Below, piece after piece: positions 10,307 to 20,858 of a stretch of DNA of 64,000 nt. This DNA is from an uncultured Verrucomicrobiae bacterium. Lineage in GTDB: Bacteria > Verrucomicrobiota > Verrucomicrobiia > Limisphaerales > Palsa-1400. The stretch lies in assembly GCA_963764165.1 (NCBI GenBank), contig CAVXRD010000001.1:864001-928000 (forward strand). Reading direction: 5' to 3'. Below the pieces are notes generated by a model, which had not been told where the DNA came from, did no database searches, and worked only from the letters and a program-made list of their open reading frames with translations. Every line of letters starts with the position of its first letter. Within the stretch, counting starts at the first letter, position 1. The position numbers and the translations under genes are program-made.

Positions 10307-10485
10307 GAATTCTCTTAACCAAGTTCGCGCCCGGGACGTTTCGCCGCTGCGCCCGCCAACATGCGCAATCCACCTGGACATTCTTTAGGACGAGGGTTTA
10401 ATCCCACGACAGGCGCATCTTAATTATTGTGGCCTATGGCGCGTGAATGGCGCCCCACCCCGGACCCTCGGCGAGGCGTTGCTCT
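10275..10485. repeat. Degenerate inverted REP pair; first copy lies in the last codons of ndh
   Basis: GCAGAGACGCCCCGCCGAGGCGTCC (10275-10299) and GGACCCTCGGCGAGGCGTTGCTCT (10462-10485). Confidence 0.55.
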
Positions 10486-10557
10486 TGGACGCGTAGGTCT
10501 TGACCCCATACGCTGCTTGCCATCTTCGCTTAAGAATCCGATGCTCGTCTTTGTATA

Positions 10558-11844
10558 ATGAACGGATTTTCAGCGGAAGGAGTCAAAGCATTCGTCGGCA
10601 CTTTGCCGCCGTGGCCCTCTCTCATTTGCATCATTGATGCGGCAGTGCTGGCGTTCACATTGGTGTTGGTTCAACGCTACTACGCCAGGCAGGCCCGGCA
10701 AAGCCGTGGAAAATTGCTGGCTGACGCCGCTGAGCGCGCTCCGGTTGGCCTCCTGCAGGTTGGTTCCGACGGCATCATACAATGGGCGAATCCGGCTGAA
10801 TTGGAGCTGCTCGGCTACACCCGGGGCGAATACGTGGGCAAGAATGCCACGGAATTCTACGCCGACCAGGCCGAAGGCCGCGAAGTCTTGTCCCGGTTGG
10901 CACGCGGCGATACGCTGCGAAGCCACCCGACGAAATTGCGCGCCCGGGATGGCTCCTTTCGCGATGTGCTTATCAGCTCGAGCACCGATAACACCGACGG
11001 AAAATTTTTGCGCGCCCTGCTCTTTACGCAAGACATCACCGGACGAAAACGCGCCGAGGAGGAAATTTTCCGGCTGAATCACGAATTGGAACAGCGCGTG
11101 CAGCAGCGCACCGCGCAATTGGAAGCGGCCAACAAGGAGATGGAATCCTTCAGCTATTCCGTCTCCCACGATTTGCGCGCGCCTCTGCGCGCCTTGCGCG
11201 GTTTCAGCGAGGTGCTGCTCGAGGCGCATTCCGCGCAGCTCGATGCCACCGGCCAGGAATTGCTGCGGCGGGCGTGCGGAGCCGTTTCGCAAATGGAGCG
11301 CCTCATCGAGGATCTCTTGAAACTGGCCCAGGTTTCGCGGGCGGAATTGCAATCCGACGAGGTGAATTTGAGCTCGCTCGCCACGGAAATTGCCGGGGAA
11401 CTGGCCACCGCTGATTCCTTCCGCGCGGTGAAATTCGACATCGCGCCCAATTGCGTGGCGGTGGGCGATCCGCGGCTGGTGCGGCTGGCGCTTGATAATT
11501 TGCTTCGCAACGCGTGGAAATTCAGCAGCAAGACGCAGGATGCGCACATCGAATTCGGCAAGACAGCCGCCAACGGCAAGGAGCAGGCCTTTTTTGTCCG
11601 CGACAACGGCGCAGGGTTCGACATGGCGTATGCGAAGAAGCTTTTTGGCGTCTTCCAGCGCCTGCATCCGGCGAGCAAGTTTCCTGGAACCGGCGTTGGG
11701 CTGGCCACCGTCCAGCGCATCATCAACCGCCACGGCGGGCGCGCCTGGGCCGAGGGCGTAGTCAACAAAGGCGCGACTTTCTACTTTACGCTGCCGGGCA
11801 TAAACCATGAGCTCAATAAACCCGCCATGGCAGATCGAACATGA
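10558..11844 (+). CDS. PAS-domain sensor histidine kinase
   Basis: TM helix, PAS, SFSYSVSHDLRAPLR H-box, NAWKF, DNGAGFD, GTGVGLA. Confidence 0.95.
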   Translation: MNGFSAEGVKAFVGTLPPWPSLICIIDAAVLAFTLVLVQRYYARQARQSRGKLLADAAERAPVGLLQVGSDGIIQWANPAELELLGYTRGEYVGKNATEFYADQAEGREVLSRLARGDTLRSHPTKLRARDGSFRDVLISSSTDNTDGKFLRALLFTQDITGRKRAEEEIFRLNHELEQRVQQRTAQLEAANKEMESFSYSVSHDLRAPLRALRGFSEVLLEAHSAQLDATGQELLRRACGAVSQMERLIEDLLKLAQVSRAELQSDEVNLSSLATEIAGELATADSFRAVKFDIAPNCVAVGDPRLVRLALDNLLRNAWKFSSKTQDAHIEFGKTAANGKEQAFFVRDNGAGFDMAYAKKLFGVFQRLHPASKFPGTGVGLATVQRIINRHGGRAWAEGVVNKGATFYFTLPGINHELNKPAMADRT

Positions 11845-13382
11845 AAAGCTTGAACAGACCACTGCAAATTCTCCTGGTTGAGGACTCCGAGAACGACGCG
11901 CTCCTGCTTCAAATGGCCATCGAGCGCGCCGGCAACAAGTGTGTCTGCCGCCGGGTGGAGAATGCCGAGGAAATGGCCGCCGCCCTGCAGTCACAGGAAT
12001 GGGACGCCATCATTGCCGACTACGTCATGCCGGAATTCGACGGCTTGGCGGCGCTGGCCATGGTCAAGGAACGCCAGTTGGACGTGCCGTTCATCATCGT
12101 CTCCGGACACATCACTGAAAATACCGCGGTCGCCGCGATGAAGGCTGGCGCGCACGATTACGTGATGAAGGACAAGCTGGCCCGCCTCTCGCCAGCCATC
12201 GCCCGCGAAATGCGCGAAGCCGAAGTCCGCAAGGCCCAGCGCGCCTCGGAAAAGGAACTTTGGGCCGAGCAATCGTTCCGCGCCGCCATCGAATCTTCCA
12301 TTCCCTCGGGAATTGCCGTCGTTGATTTGGATGGCCGCCAATCCTACGTCAATCCTGCCTTTTGCAAAATGGTCGGCTGGACCGAGATTGAACTTCTGGA
12401 TCGAAAGGCGCCGTTTGAATATTGGCCGCCGGAAGAATACGAGCGCATTACCGCCTCGCTCGCCAAAGTTGTCGAAGGCCAGGCGCCGCCGTCGGGCATC
12501 GAACTGAAACTTCGCCGAAAAAACGGCGAACGCTTTTACGCCCTGCTCCTTGTCATCGCTCTGAAGGACTCGTTTGAGAATATCAACGGCTGGCTGAGTT
12601 CCATCACCGACATCACGCAGCTCAAGCAGACCGAGGAAGCCCTTCGCCGGTCGCATGAAGATTTGGAATTGCGCGTCCGCCAGCGCACGGCCGATCTTTC
12701 GGCTGCCAATACGCAATTGCAAGCCGCGCTGGCCGAACGGCGCCGGCTCGAAAACGAGCTTTTGGAAATCACCGACAACGAGCGCCGCCGCATCGGTTTG
12801 GATTTGCACGACGACCTCGGCCAGAAACTCACGGGGGTCGCGCTCATGTCCAAGGGCCTGCAAGTGCAGCTTGCCAGGAGGAATGCCGAGGAAGCGGCGG
12901 ACGCCAGCCGCATCCACACGCTGATTCAGGAAGCGCTTTTGCAAACGCGCGAATTGTCGCACGACATGATGCGCGCCGATTTTTCGAACCAGGACTTGGG
13001 GGAGGCGATGGAAGCCATGGTTTCCCACGTCAAGCGAACATTTGGGGTCGAATGCGAATTCGAGTCCGATGAGGATGTGCCGCAGCTGGACCCGACAGCG
13101 ATCAGCCAGCTTTACAAGATTACGCAGGAAGCGGTGACAAATGCCATGAAGCATGGCAAGGCGAAAAACGTGAACATCCGGATCGCCACCAACGGTGACT
13201 ACAAGCTACGGCTATCCATCGAGAACGACGGCTTGCCCATGCCGCCGATCGTGAGCAAAGACGCAGGCCTGGGCCTGCGCATCATGAGCTACCGCGCCAA
13301 CCTGATTGGCGCTCACCTGGAAATCAAAGCGGGCGAACGCGCCGGCGTCGTGGTGGCATGCACCTTGCCCAAGTCTTCGTGA
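11841..13382 (+). CDS. Receiver-PAS-HisKA_3 hybrid signalling protein
   Basis: N-terminal REC (LLVEDS, DYVMP), PAS, ERRRIGLDLHDDLGQ, QEAVTNAMKH, GLGLRIM. Confidence 0.93.
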   Translation: MKSLNRPLQILLVEDSENDALLLQMAIERAGNKCVCRRVENAEEMAAALQSQEWDAIIADYVMPEFDGLAALAMVKERQLDVPFIIVSGHITENTAVAAMKAGAHDYVMKDKLARLSPAIAREMREAEVRKAQRASEKELWAEQSFRAAIESSIPSGIAVVDLDGRQSYVNPAFCKMVGWTEIELLDRKAPFEYWPPEEYERITASLAKVVEGQAPPSGIELKLRRKNGERFYALLLVIALKDSFENINGWLSSITDITQLKQTEEALRRSHEDLELRVRQRTADLSAANTQLQAALAERRRLENELLEITDNERRRIGLDLHDDLGQKLTGVALMSKGLQVQLARRNAEEAADASRIHTLIQEALLQTRELSHDMMRADFSNQDLGEAMEAMVSHVKRTFGVECEFESDEDVPQLDPTAISQLYKITQEAVTNAMKHGKAKNVNIRIATNGDYKLRLSIENDGLPMPPIVSKDAGLGLRIMSYRANLIGAHLEIKAGERAGVVVACTLPKSS

Positions 13383-14077
13383 GCCGGGGCCGGAGTTGAG
13401 TTTTCGTCCAGACGGCCACCGAGGTCGCGATTGACGATTCCCTTGGAAATCGCGTAGCGGGTGAGGCCAGCCACGTCGTGGATGTTCAGCTTGTTCATCA
13501 CCTGCTGGCGATGTTTTTCAACGGTCTTAATGCTGATTCCCAACTCCCCGGCAATCTGCTTGTTCGGCATGCCTTCGGCAATGAGCTGCAGCACTTCCGC
13601 TTCGCGCGAGGTCAGATCGACATTGCGCTTGAGCGGCTGGCCGTCGTTGAAGGCCTGGCGGCAGCGGTCGCGCAGGCGCTTGGCGATGGACGGGCTGAAA
13701 TACGCGTTGCCCTTGTAAACTTCGCGGATGGCGAGGAGCAAATTATCGGCGGCCGTTTGCTTGATCAAATAACCGGAGGCGCCCACCTCGGTGAGCTGCT
13801 GGACATAATCGTCGTCGCTGTAGGAGCTGAGGACGAGGACCTTCGTGTTGGGCACGGTCTTGAGCAATTGGCGCGTGCCTTCGAGGCCGTTCATATGGGG
13901 CATCATGACGTCCATGATGACGATGTCGGGATTCATTTTGACAGCCATCTGGACGGCTTGGCGGCCATTCTCCGCTTCGCCGATGACTTCAATGTCCTCG
14001 GCTTGGCTGAGCAACGCGCGCAGGCCCTGGCGAACAACCGTGTGATCGTCGACGAGCAGTAATGTGATCTTCTTCAT
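13313..14077 (-). CDS. NarL/LuxR family response regulator
   Basis: LVDDHTVVRQG REC domain; LTSREAEVLQLIAEG...NKQIAGELGISIKTVEKHR HTH. Confidence 0.95.
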   Translation of the reverse strand: MKKITLLLVDDHTVVRQGLRALLSQAEDIEVIGEAENGRQAVQMAVKMNPDIVIMDVMMPHMNGLEGTRQLLKTVPNTKVLVLSSYSDDDYVQQLTEVGASGYLIKQTAADNLLLAIREVYKGNAYFSPSIAKRLRDRCRQAFNDGQPLKRNVDLTSREAEVLQLIAEGMPNKQIAGELGISIKTVEKHRQQVMNKLNIHDVAGLTRYAISKGIVNRDLGGRLDENSTPAPAHEDLGKVHATTTPARSPALISR

Positions 14078-14234
14078 ATTTGTATAAAAGCTACGATCAT
14101 TCTTGCAGAACGGCGCCTGATAACAATCAGGTGGAATCCCCTATAGGCCCTACAGGAAAACCGCAATCATCAGGGTAATCTGTAGTCTACAGAGGGGCGG
14201 GTGACCCCGGAAATCCCCTAGCCTGCAATGAGTT

Positions 14235-17069
14235 TCATCTTTCTCTTAAAATGCAGACAGGCCCCAGCAATCCTGATGTCATGAGGGGGGTGGTCTTTTT
14301 CAACGCTCGAATATTGGTTTTGGTCAGACGCTTTTCCAGCGGAAGAAATTGATCGCCAATAATTCTGTTCGGCCAAAAATTCACCACTTCGACTTCCAGT
14401 GAATTGTCGCCGGGTTTGACCGCGGATGTGATGTCCACCGCGAACGGCGGACTCCAGGTTATCCCGCACGAGAAGCCGTTAACCTTGACCTCCGCCACTT
14501 CGTGGACATCACCAAGTTCAAGAATGATGCGGTCCTGTGCTGCCGGTGATTCCATGAAATGATTCCGATAGATGGCCGTTCCAGAATAATACTTGACGCC
14601 ATCCTCCGGCCGCGCGCTCCAGCTTGCCAAATGGTCGAATCGCGCCGATGGGGGCCCACCCCAGCGCGGATCAAATTGCACGGTCCATGGGCCGGATAAT
14701 ACTTCCGTTGATTCGACTTTGGGCCAGTTCGGCTGGCCCAGCGATGGATGGGCCGAGGCGGCTTCGCGGAAGACTATCAAAATTGAACCGCACGGATCGA
14801 AATGCAAATCCAGCGCCGTGCGTCCACCTGGCGCACGATAATCGGTGGCGAAATGATGCTGGCCGCTGACCGGATCCCAGATTTCTGGCGCAAGATCGCG
14901 GATTCGAAAGGAACAGCGCAAAGCGACGGCGTTGCTTGAGCGATTGGCCACAAAATAGATTTGCGCGGTTCCGTCGTTGCGATGAATAAAATCAACCTCA
15001 GGGCTTGATGAGCGTTTATCGCTGGCTTCCCACAAAAAATCCGGTTCGATGCCTTTGGCCGCCAATGCCTCGTGCGGCGACTGGTTCGTGATAACGCCGT
15101 TCGTTCCATACAATTCATCCGCCAGCGATTGAAGGGTTTTATCGGAATGAGGATAATTGGAAAGGCCGCTGGCCTCAGCTGGCTTCTGGCCCACCACGGT
15201 CGCGCCGCCGTCGACCAACTCTTTGACTTTGCGCAGGGCGGGAATGGAAATGGAATTCCAGTGCGGAAGCACAAGCATTCTGTAACTCATTCCGTCCGGC
15301 AGGCAAATTTGCCCGTTCGCAACGGTCGCTCGTTCCACCAGCGCCTCCTCGGTAATGACATCGTAGTCGTACCCGGGCAGAATCTGCGCCGGATCGGACT
15401 TCTTCAGTTGGGCGAAATTGGGAACGTGGTCGCCGTAATAATAGAGCACGTCCGCAAATGGCAGTCCGCGCTGCATCAAGGCCTGGCAGCGGTCAATGTA
15501 TTGGAAGAACGCCTGGGATTTCCCCCACCACGTCACCTTCGGATTCAGGTGTGTGCCAGCGAAATACTGCTGGCCTGGAATTCCCGCTTCCTCCGGTGAA
15601 CAAACGAATGCGTGCCACACCAATAGGTTCAGCCCTTCGCACAATGCCTTGTCAAATGAAGGCTTCAAGTTGGCCCAAATGGATTCCTGCCAATGCGGTC
15701 CAATGTCGGTAAACCCCTCCGCATAAACCAAGTTGTGGCCATACGTATGGGCGGCGCTGGCCGGCTGTTTGACAAAAAACCGGTTCTCATCCCCGATGCG
15801 GTGCTCCCAGGACCACGCCCAAAATTCGCTCATCGGCGCGTCATCCCAGCCGAGGCAGCGCTGCGCGTCAATCGGCACCGCGTGGGGGCCGCCGCTTTCA
15901 GGATGAATGCCGAGGCCGCGGGCGTGGGCCTTGTCGCGAAAAAGGCGGTAGTGATAGTCGATGGCAAGGTCGCCTAAGGTTTTGCGATAATCGGCCAGAA
16001 AACGATCGCTTTGATCGCGGCTGTTCACAATCCGGCCCGCCAACACCGGCGTCCAGGGCATCATGTCGTATCCGCGCCGCTCCTGAAATTCCTCGCGCAG
16101 TCGCGGCGTCCAATTGGCCAATTCGATTTCCCAGCTATCCGTGTGCAAATACTTGAGCGTCTTTCCGGCCAAGGGGCCGGCATCCGAAATCAAAGGTTCG
16201 ACCACGGCATTCCAATAGCGCTCAAACGCGCCTCGGTCATAAACGTCCAGCGCGAAACCGTGCCAGCCCTCGCTGCATGTTGATACGTAGGAGTGATCTC
16301 CGATCGTATATCCAAAACGCAGGATCTGCCATTGGCCGGGCGGCGCATCCCAATGCAGCACGCCATCCGCGCCTAAATGGCTGGTCAGGTCAACCATGTT
16401 TTCCGCTGCGACGTCCTCCTCGCCCGGCAGGCCGGCCGCTTCCGCAAATAGCGCCGAGGAATCTGGCGCGGAAAAGGGCGTCAAAGAAGATTGCAGGGCC
16501 TTGATCTTCCAATTCTCCAGCGGTTGAGCCCGGTGGCCCGGTTTAATCCGGTATCCAACCACTGAGGAATCGCGATAAAAATGTTCCCGCTCATCGGGCT
16601 GCGGCAACTGAATATCGACGTGCTTGCCGCCGGCGAAATCCGACTCCGACCAAACATACTTTTTGGCGGCGTCCTCGGCAGTGACCATCGGCCCTCCCAA
16701 ATTCCAACCACTTTGGATATTAAGGCTCATCTCAAGGCCGAGCCGATTGGCCTCCCGCAAGGTGTGCTTGTAGAGTTCGCGCCACGCATGAGAGAAAAAA
16801 GTTGGCCCGTGAGGAACGGTCGCATTGCCCATCTGAGAGGCGCCGCCCGCATCGACAATCACCGCGCCACCGAATCCCTTTTCTTTCATCCCTTCCAAAT
16901 CGCGTGTGATGGATTCCTTGGTTACGTTTCCATTCAGCCACCACCAATAGGCCTTGAGACGAGCCGCCAAGGGCGGATTTTTCCAATCATCTTCCAGCGT
17001 TGACGAGGCGAATGCGAGGTTTGGCGTCAGAAGCAGGCATATCAAAACAAGGACTCGCGTAATTCTCAC
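14235..17069 (-). CDS. Glycoside hydrolase, GH106-like alpha-L-rhamnosidase
   Basis: Signal peptide; YWWWLNGNVTKESITRDLE, HTDSWE, PMSEFW, ASAAHTYG, NFWPNRIIGD, SGLLGPV. Confidence 0.88.
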   Translation of the reverse strand: MRITRVLVLICLLLTPNLAFASSTLEDDWKNPPLAARLKAYWWWLNGNVTKESITRDLEGMKEKGFGGAVIVDAGGASQMGNATVPHGPTFFSHAWRELYKHTLREANRLGLEMSLNIQSGWNLGGPMVTAEDAAKKYVWSESDFAGGKHVDIQLPQPDEREHFYRDSSVVGYRIKPGHRAQPLENWKIKALQSSLTPFSAPDSSALFAEAAGLPGEEDVAAENMVDLTSHLGADGVLHWDAPPGQWQILRFGYTIGDHSYVSTCSEGWHGFALDVYDRGAFERYWNAVVEPLISDAGPLAGKTLKYLHTDSWEIELANWTPRLREEFQERRGYDMMPWTPVLAGRIVNSRDQSDRFLADYRKTLGDLAIDYHYRLFRDKAHARGLGIHPESGGPHAVPIDAQRCLGWDDAPMSEFWAWSWEHRIGDENRFFVKQPASAAHTYGHNLVYAEGFTDIGPHWQESIWANLKPSFDKALCEGLNLLVWHAFVCSPEEAGIPGQQYFAGTHLNPKVTWWGKSQAFFQYIDRCQALMQRGLPFADVLYYYGDHVPNFAQLKKSDPAQILPGYDYDVITEEALVERATVANGQICLPDGMSYRMLVLPHWNSISIPALRKVKELVDGGATVVGQKPAEASGLSNYPHSDKTLQSLADELYGTNGVITNQSPHEALAAKGIEPDFLWEASDKRSSSPEVDFIHRNDGTAQIYFVANRSSNAVALRCSFRIRDLAPEIWDPVSGQHHFATDYRAPGGRTALDLHFDPCGSILIVFREAASAHPSLGQPNWPKVESTEVLSGPWTVQFDPRWGGPPSARFDHLASWSARPEDGVKYYSGTAIYRNHFMESPAAQDRIILELGDVHEVAEVKVNGFSCGITWSPPFAVDITSAVKPGDNSLEVEVVNFWPNRIIGDQFLPLEKRLTKTNIRALKKTTPLMTSGLLGPVCILRER

Positions 17070-17105
17070 AATATTTAAGCCTGTCGCCCCGCCCTTGGCG
17101 CGAAT

Positions 17106-17999
17106 TCATTTCGGAAGACCCGGCACGACGCTAGCCTGGGCGCGGTATAAATCCGCCTCGTCGGCAGTCGGCCCTCCGGGAAGGACGAGGTCCTGCACGG
17201 TGTCTGCGGGATAGTTGATCATATAAGCGCCTTGCGGCACGGCAAGGTCCAGCACAGCCTTGCCTTTCCATTTCCAGTATTCGACGCGGCCATCCAAAAA
17301 CGATATGCAACAGCCGCGGTCGTGAACGCTCGTGGGAATATTCCACCAAGAGTAATTGCCATAAGGCCAGATTCCAAAGGAGCCGTTATCGATGCTTCGC
17401 GCATCTTCATGCCAGAAGACCGAATGTTGCGCAGGCGATGGATGCGAGCCAAGCTGCTTTTCGGCAGTGATATTGTATTCAGCGTAACTGGGATTAGTGC
17501 TGCCCAGGTTATAGTCAATCGAATAGGTCAGCAGGCGCGGCTGGGCCGGCACGGCGGGAGTCGAACCGGTGTCTGTCGTCATGACCACCGCGGTTTCCGC
17601 CGGGCATGCGTAAATCTGGGTGGATTTATTGTAGGCGAAAAGGTAGCCGCTCTGTATGTAGCTCGTGTTCGTCATCGTTCGCGCATTGCCAGTCATCCAT
17701 GAGTCGTTGTCCTCGGCGGTCGAAATGGCGTTATTAGGAACAAACCTGCCACTGTAATCGCCGGAATACATAATGTAACAAACCTGGAGCTGCCGAAGAT
17801 TATTCAAGCAGGAAGTCCTATTGGCCTGCGCCTTGGCGTTCGCCAAGGCGGGCAAGAGCAACGCGGCGAGTATCGCGATGATGGCAATGACCACCAGCAG
17901 TTCAATCAATGTAAAGGCACACCTCCACCGCCAACCATGCCGGCCCCATGATGAAGTGGAGCGGGCGGCGCGCGTGTTATTGAGAACCGGGCGCATCAT
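17106..17999 (-). CDS. Prepilin-type N-methylation domain protein with H-X9-DG motif
   Basis: [48 protein letters not shown]. Confidence 0.92.
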   Translation of the reverse strand: MMRPVLNNTRAARSTSSWGRHGWRWRCAFTLIELLVVIAIIAILAALLLPALANAKAQANRTSCLNNLRQLQVCYIMYSGDYSGRFVPNNAISTAEDNDSWMTGNARTMTNTSYIQSGYLFAYNKSTQIYACPAETAVVMTTDTGSTPAVPAQPRLLTYSIDYNLGSTNPSYAEYNITAEKQLGSHPSPAQHSVFWHEDARSIDNGSFGIWPYGNYSWWNIPTSVHDRGCCISFLDGRVEYWKWKGKAVLDLAVPQGAYMINYPADTVQDLVLPGGPTADEADLYRAQASVVPGLPK

Positions 18000-18015
18000 C
18001 AAGCAATGCGTCTTG

Positions 18016-20628
18016 TCATGGCAGTTCCAAGACGTAGAACCCAGCCGCTCCACCTGTCGGCAGGCTGATCGAGAAGCCGCCGCTGCTGTTAAATGACCCT
18101 GTCGCCACGACAGGCCATGTAGAAACGGGGTTAGCCAGACTCGGCGAGCCCAGGATATAATAAGCGCCGCCAGGAGAGCCGCCAGAACCGCTCATCTGGA
18201 GCAACCCGCCGCTCAAATGCGTGGTGATCGTGGTTGGGAGGGTTTGCGCAATGACCTCGATAAAGTTGGTGCCTGTCGCCGTGTCGCCCTGCGCATCAGC
18301 TACAGTATAGGTCCAGAGGTCCGATCCGAGATAATTCCCGTTGGGCGTGTAACTCAGCAATGTCGAAGTAAGGTAGTTTAATCCGACGCCATTGGTAGTC
18401 GAGGTGTCGTAGGTCGAAAGCGTCCCAGGATCGCCATCCGGAAAAATTGCATTATTGTACAGAGTAGAGAGGTCGAAGTTGATCGTCTGATTTTCATAGA
18501 CGTAATTTGTATAGTTGGGAGCGATTGGATATTGGTTCGTTGATACAAGAGTCAATTTCGCAACCGCGCTGGTAACCGATCCGGAGGCATTGGCCACCAC
18601 CACTTGAAAATTGGTGCCCTGCAGGCCGGCGGCTGGATTGGTGTATGTCAGCGTGCGCTCTATCGCACCGGGCAAGATGAAGCCGTTTGAATACCATTGG
18701 TAACTCAGCGGCGGCCGGCCCACGGCAACGACGGAGAAACTCGCTGAACTGCCGGGCTCCGTGAGGTTCGCATCGCGGACAGTCTCGCTGGCGGGTTGCT
18801 GCAAAATAGTCGGCAACCCAGGCGGCAGCGCGTAGCCAATCATGGTCGGTGCGTCCACTTTGATGGCGGCGGGGCCGGACGGCACGATGACAAAATCCAA
18901 CGTATTCAGCCCGGGAACAAAAAAACCGGCATTGGTGGCGGTCTTCGTCACTGGAAGGAAAGTTGTCCCCTGTGCGTTGAACGTGACGACGCCATTATTA
19001 TTGCTGATACTGAAGCTGTTGGCGTAGAGCGGCGCCACACTTGGCATGCTAAAGCCGGTGCTTAAGCCGTTAAGCAGGATATTGGTAAGAGTGCCAGTCA
19101 GCTCGAACCCGGATTGGTAAACCAGATTGGTCGGGCTGGCTTCGTCCAGGAGGAAGTGAGTCCGAATAGTATAAGTGCCCGACGGGTCGCTGGGGGCGTT
19201 TCCGCCCGTGTTTCCCTGGTCGCTGATCCACATGGAGGCAACGACGTTCGGTGCGTAGCCACCGCTGCTGCAGATAATTTCGATCGGGCAATTGGATTCC
19301 CAGATCATTTCACCCGGCCCGAGGAAAGTTGGATTCGAGCTTTGGATCAGCGAATAATTGGGATCAGGCACATCTCCCGCGGATACTTCGTTCGACACGA
19401 TTCCCGTGGAGTAAAGCTCGTTGGCAACCGCGCCAATGGTCACTTGCATGACGCTGGTGGTGGCGGCGCCATAAGCGTTCGACGTAATCAAGTAATAAGC
19501 TCCGCCGTTGGCAAACGTCGCGTAAGGTATGTCAAGAATCACATTCGTCTGGCTGGTGAGATTGGTGCCGTTTTGGTACCAAGTATATGTCGCGGGCTGG
19601 GATGCCTCGACAGGCGCGGTCACACTCAACGGTTGTCCATAGCCAACGAGGACATTTGCCGGTAGTGGCGCCGTATTTGTCGGCGGGATGCTGCCTCCGG
19701 CAATAAATGCCATTTGATTTGACTTGAGGCACAGATCCGTGATGCGAACTTCGCACATGCTGCCCACCAATCCCTCGTTATTTCCCGGGTTCCCAAGACT
19801 GCGCCCGCTTCCGCCGACGCCGATGTTCGGTTCGACGGTGCCTTCCGGAGCGCCGTTCAGCGGACGGATTCCGTTCGGCATGGCTGTGTTGGTAACGTTG
19901 TTTTCAACGATCAACACGTCAGCGTAGGTTCGGCTCGGATCCAGCAATGTCCAATAAAGTGTCAACTGGCTTGCCGGGTCGCTATTAGTGGGACTTTGGC
20001 CGGTGAACGTCACCGCCACATGGTACCAGGTATTCAATTTTGCCGCATCCCGCCCCGTGGTTGGAAGTCCGGGCGTGAAGTTATTGTCGGTGCTGCCGCC
20101 AAGCAGGTCCCATTGTTCCTGCGAGGTGTTAAATCGCCATTGCCAGCCGCGGGTCGTAATGGCCCCCCCTGTGTCTCCGGTAAATATCTCGTAATCACCG
20201 GCAAGGTTGTTGCTCAGGCAAATGAGCGCCTCGAAGGTGAAAGCGCCCGTCGTCGGATTGCAAAGCTCATTCACGTTTGGGAAGCTGCCTCCATAAAGGA
20301 GATGGTATTTGTTGTTGCCGGTATACGCGTAGTTCAAGCCGGGAAAACCCGGACCCGGCGCGCCCAAATATGTATTCGTGAAAGGATACGTTGTCGGGGT
20401 TGGCTCGCCATAGTTGGTCAGCGTGACGGCCGATGCGTTGGTGCTCAAATTCGCGCTATCCATCGCGAATTGTCCATTAGTCTCGTTCAGATGCCAAAGA
20501 TGCAGGGTGTCGGCATTGGCGGTGTAAGGAACGGCCAGGCCGGCCCGGACGGTATTTGCTCCCGCCAGCATGGCAGCGACGATGAGCATTTTTGCGAAGA
20601 ATTTCAGGAGCGTGTTGCTAAGTTTCAT
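18016..20628 (-). CDS. Secreted LamG-like / Ig-like multidomain surface protein
   Basis: Signal peptide; [22 protein letters not shown] (LamG-like); YQWY/TYTWY Ig repeats; C-terminal domain ending GFYVLELP. Confidence 0.75.
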   Translation of the reverse strand: MKLSNTLLKFFAKMLIVAAMLAGANTVRAGLAVPYTANADTLHLWHLNETNGQFAMDSANLSTNASAVTLTNYGEPTPTTYPFTNTYLGAPGPGFPGLNYAYTGNNKYHLLYGGSFPNVNELCNPTTGAFTFEALICLSNNLAGDYEIFTGDTGGAITTRGWQWRFNTSQEQWDLLGGSTDNNFTPGLPTTGRDAAKLNTWYHVAVTFTGQSPTNSDPASQLTLYWTLLDPSRTYADVLIVENNVTNTAMPNGIRPLNGAPEGTVEPNIGVGGSGRSLGNPGNNEGLVGSMCEVRITDLCLKSNQMAFIAGGSIPPTNTAPLPANVLVGYGQPLSVTAPVEASQPATYTWYQNGTNLTSQTNVILDIPYATFANGGAYYLITSNAYGAATTSVMQVTIGAVANELYSTGIVSNEVSAGDVPDPNYSLIQSSNPTFLGPGEMIWESNCPIEIICSSGGYAPNVVASMWISDQGNTGGNAPSDPSGTYTIRTHFLLDEASPTNLVYQSGFELTGTLTNILLNGLSTGFSMPSVAPLYANSFSISNNNGVVTFNAQGTTFLPVTKTATNAGFFVPGLNTLDFVIVPSGPAAIKVDAPTMIGYALPPGLPTILQQPASETVRDANLTEPGSSASFSVVAVGRPPLSYQWYSNGFILPGAIERTLTYTNPAAGLQGTNFQVVVANASGSVTSAVAKLTLVSTNQYPIAPNYTNYVYENQTINFDLSTLYNNAIFPDGDPGTLSTYDTSTTNGVGLNYLTSTLLSYTPNGNYLGSDLWTYTVADAQGDTATGTNFIEVIAQTLPTTITTHLSGGLLQMSGSGGSPGGAYYILGSPSLANPVSTWPVVATGSFNSSGGFSISLPTGGAAGFYVLELP

Positions 20629-20834
20629 GTTGGCTGATCCTTCAGGTTTGGATTTTGGCCGGCGGAAGGCCGGCGATTTGATGGCGATTGGCCGAATTTG
20701 TGCTTGCCGACTTCATTTTTCACCAAGGCGGAATTTGTGCCGATGCTGCCGGAAAGCGAACCGTGCTTTCAGGGACGCAAAAACCGCTGACGGTGTGGTG
20801 TAATGCTCTTTTTGTATCCGAAGCCCTCGGAAGC

Positions 20835-20857
20835 GTCCATACCCTCAATCGGGGGTA
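20835..20857. promoter_or_regulatory. Candidate NarL-type operator upstream of the surface protein-pilin-GH106 operon
   Basis: Imperfect palindrome TACCCTCAATCGGGGGTA; 15-mer GTCCATACCCTCAAT repeated exactly at 21585-21599. Confidence 0.55.
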
Positions 20858-20858
20858 G

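Noticed and set aside
10570..11994. Long antisense ORFs (also 11991-13154, 24441-26504, 30145-32079, 61317-63062)
   Set aside because: Shadow frames of well-supported genes in high-GC DNA, with no recognisable motifs.
13313..13382. 70-nt convergent overlap between the hybrid kinase and the response regulator as antisense regulation
   Set aside because: The overlapping tail lies beyond the HTH and is most simply a stop-codon read-through extension; no further support.
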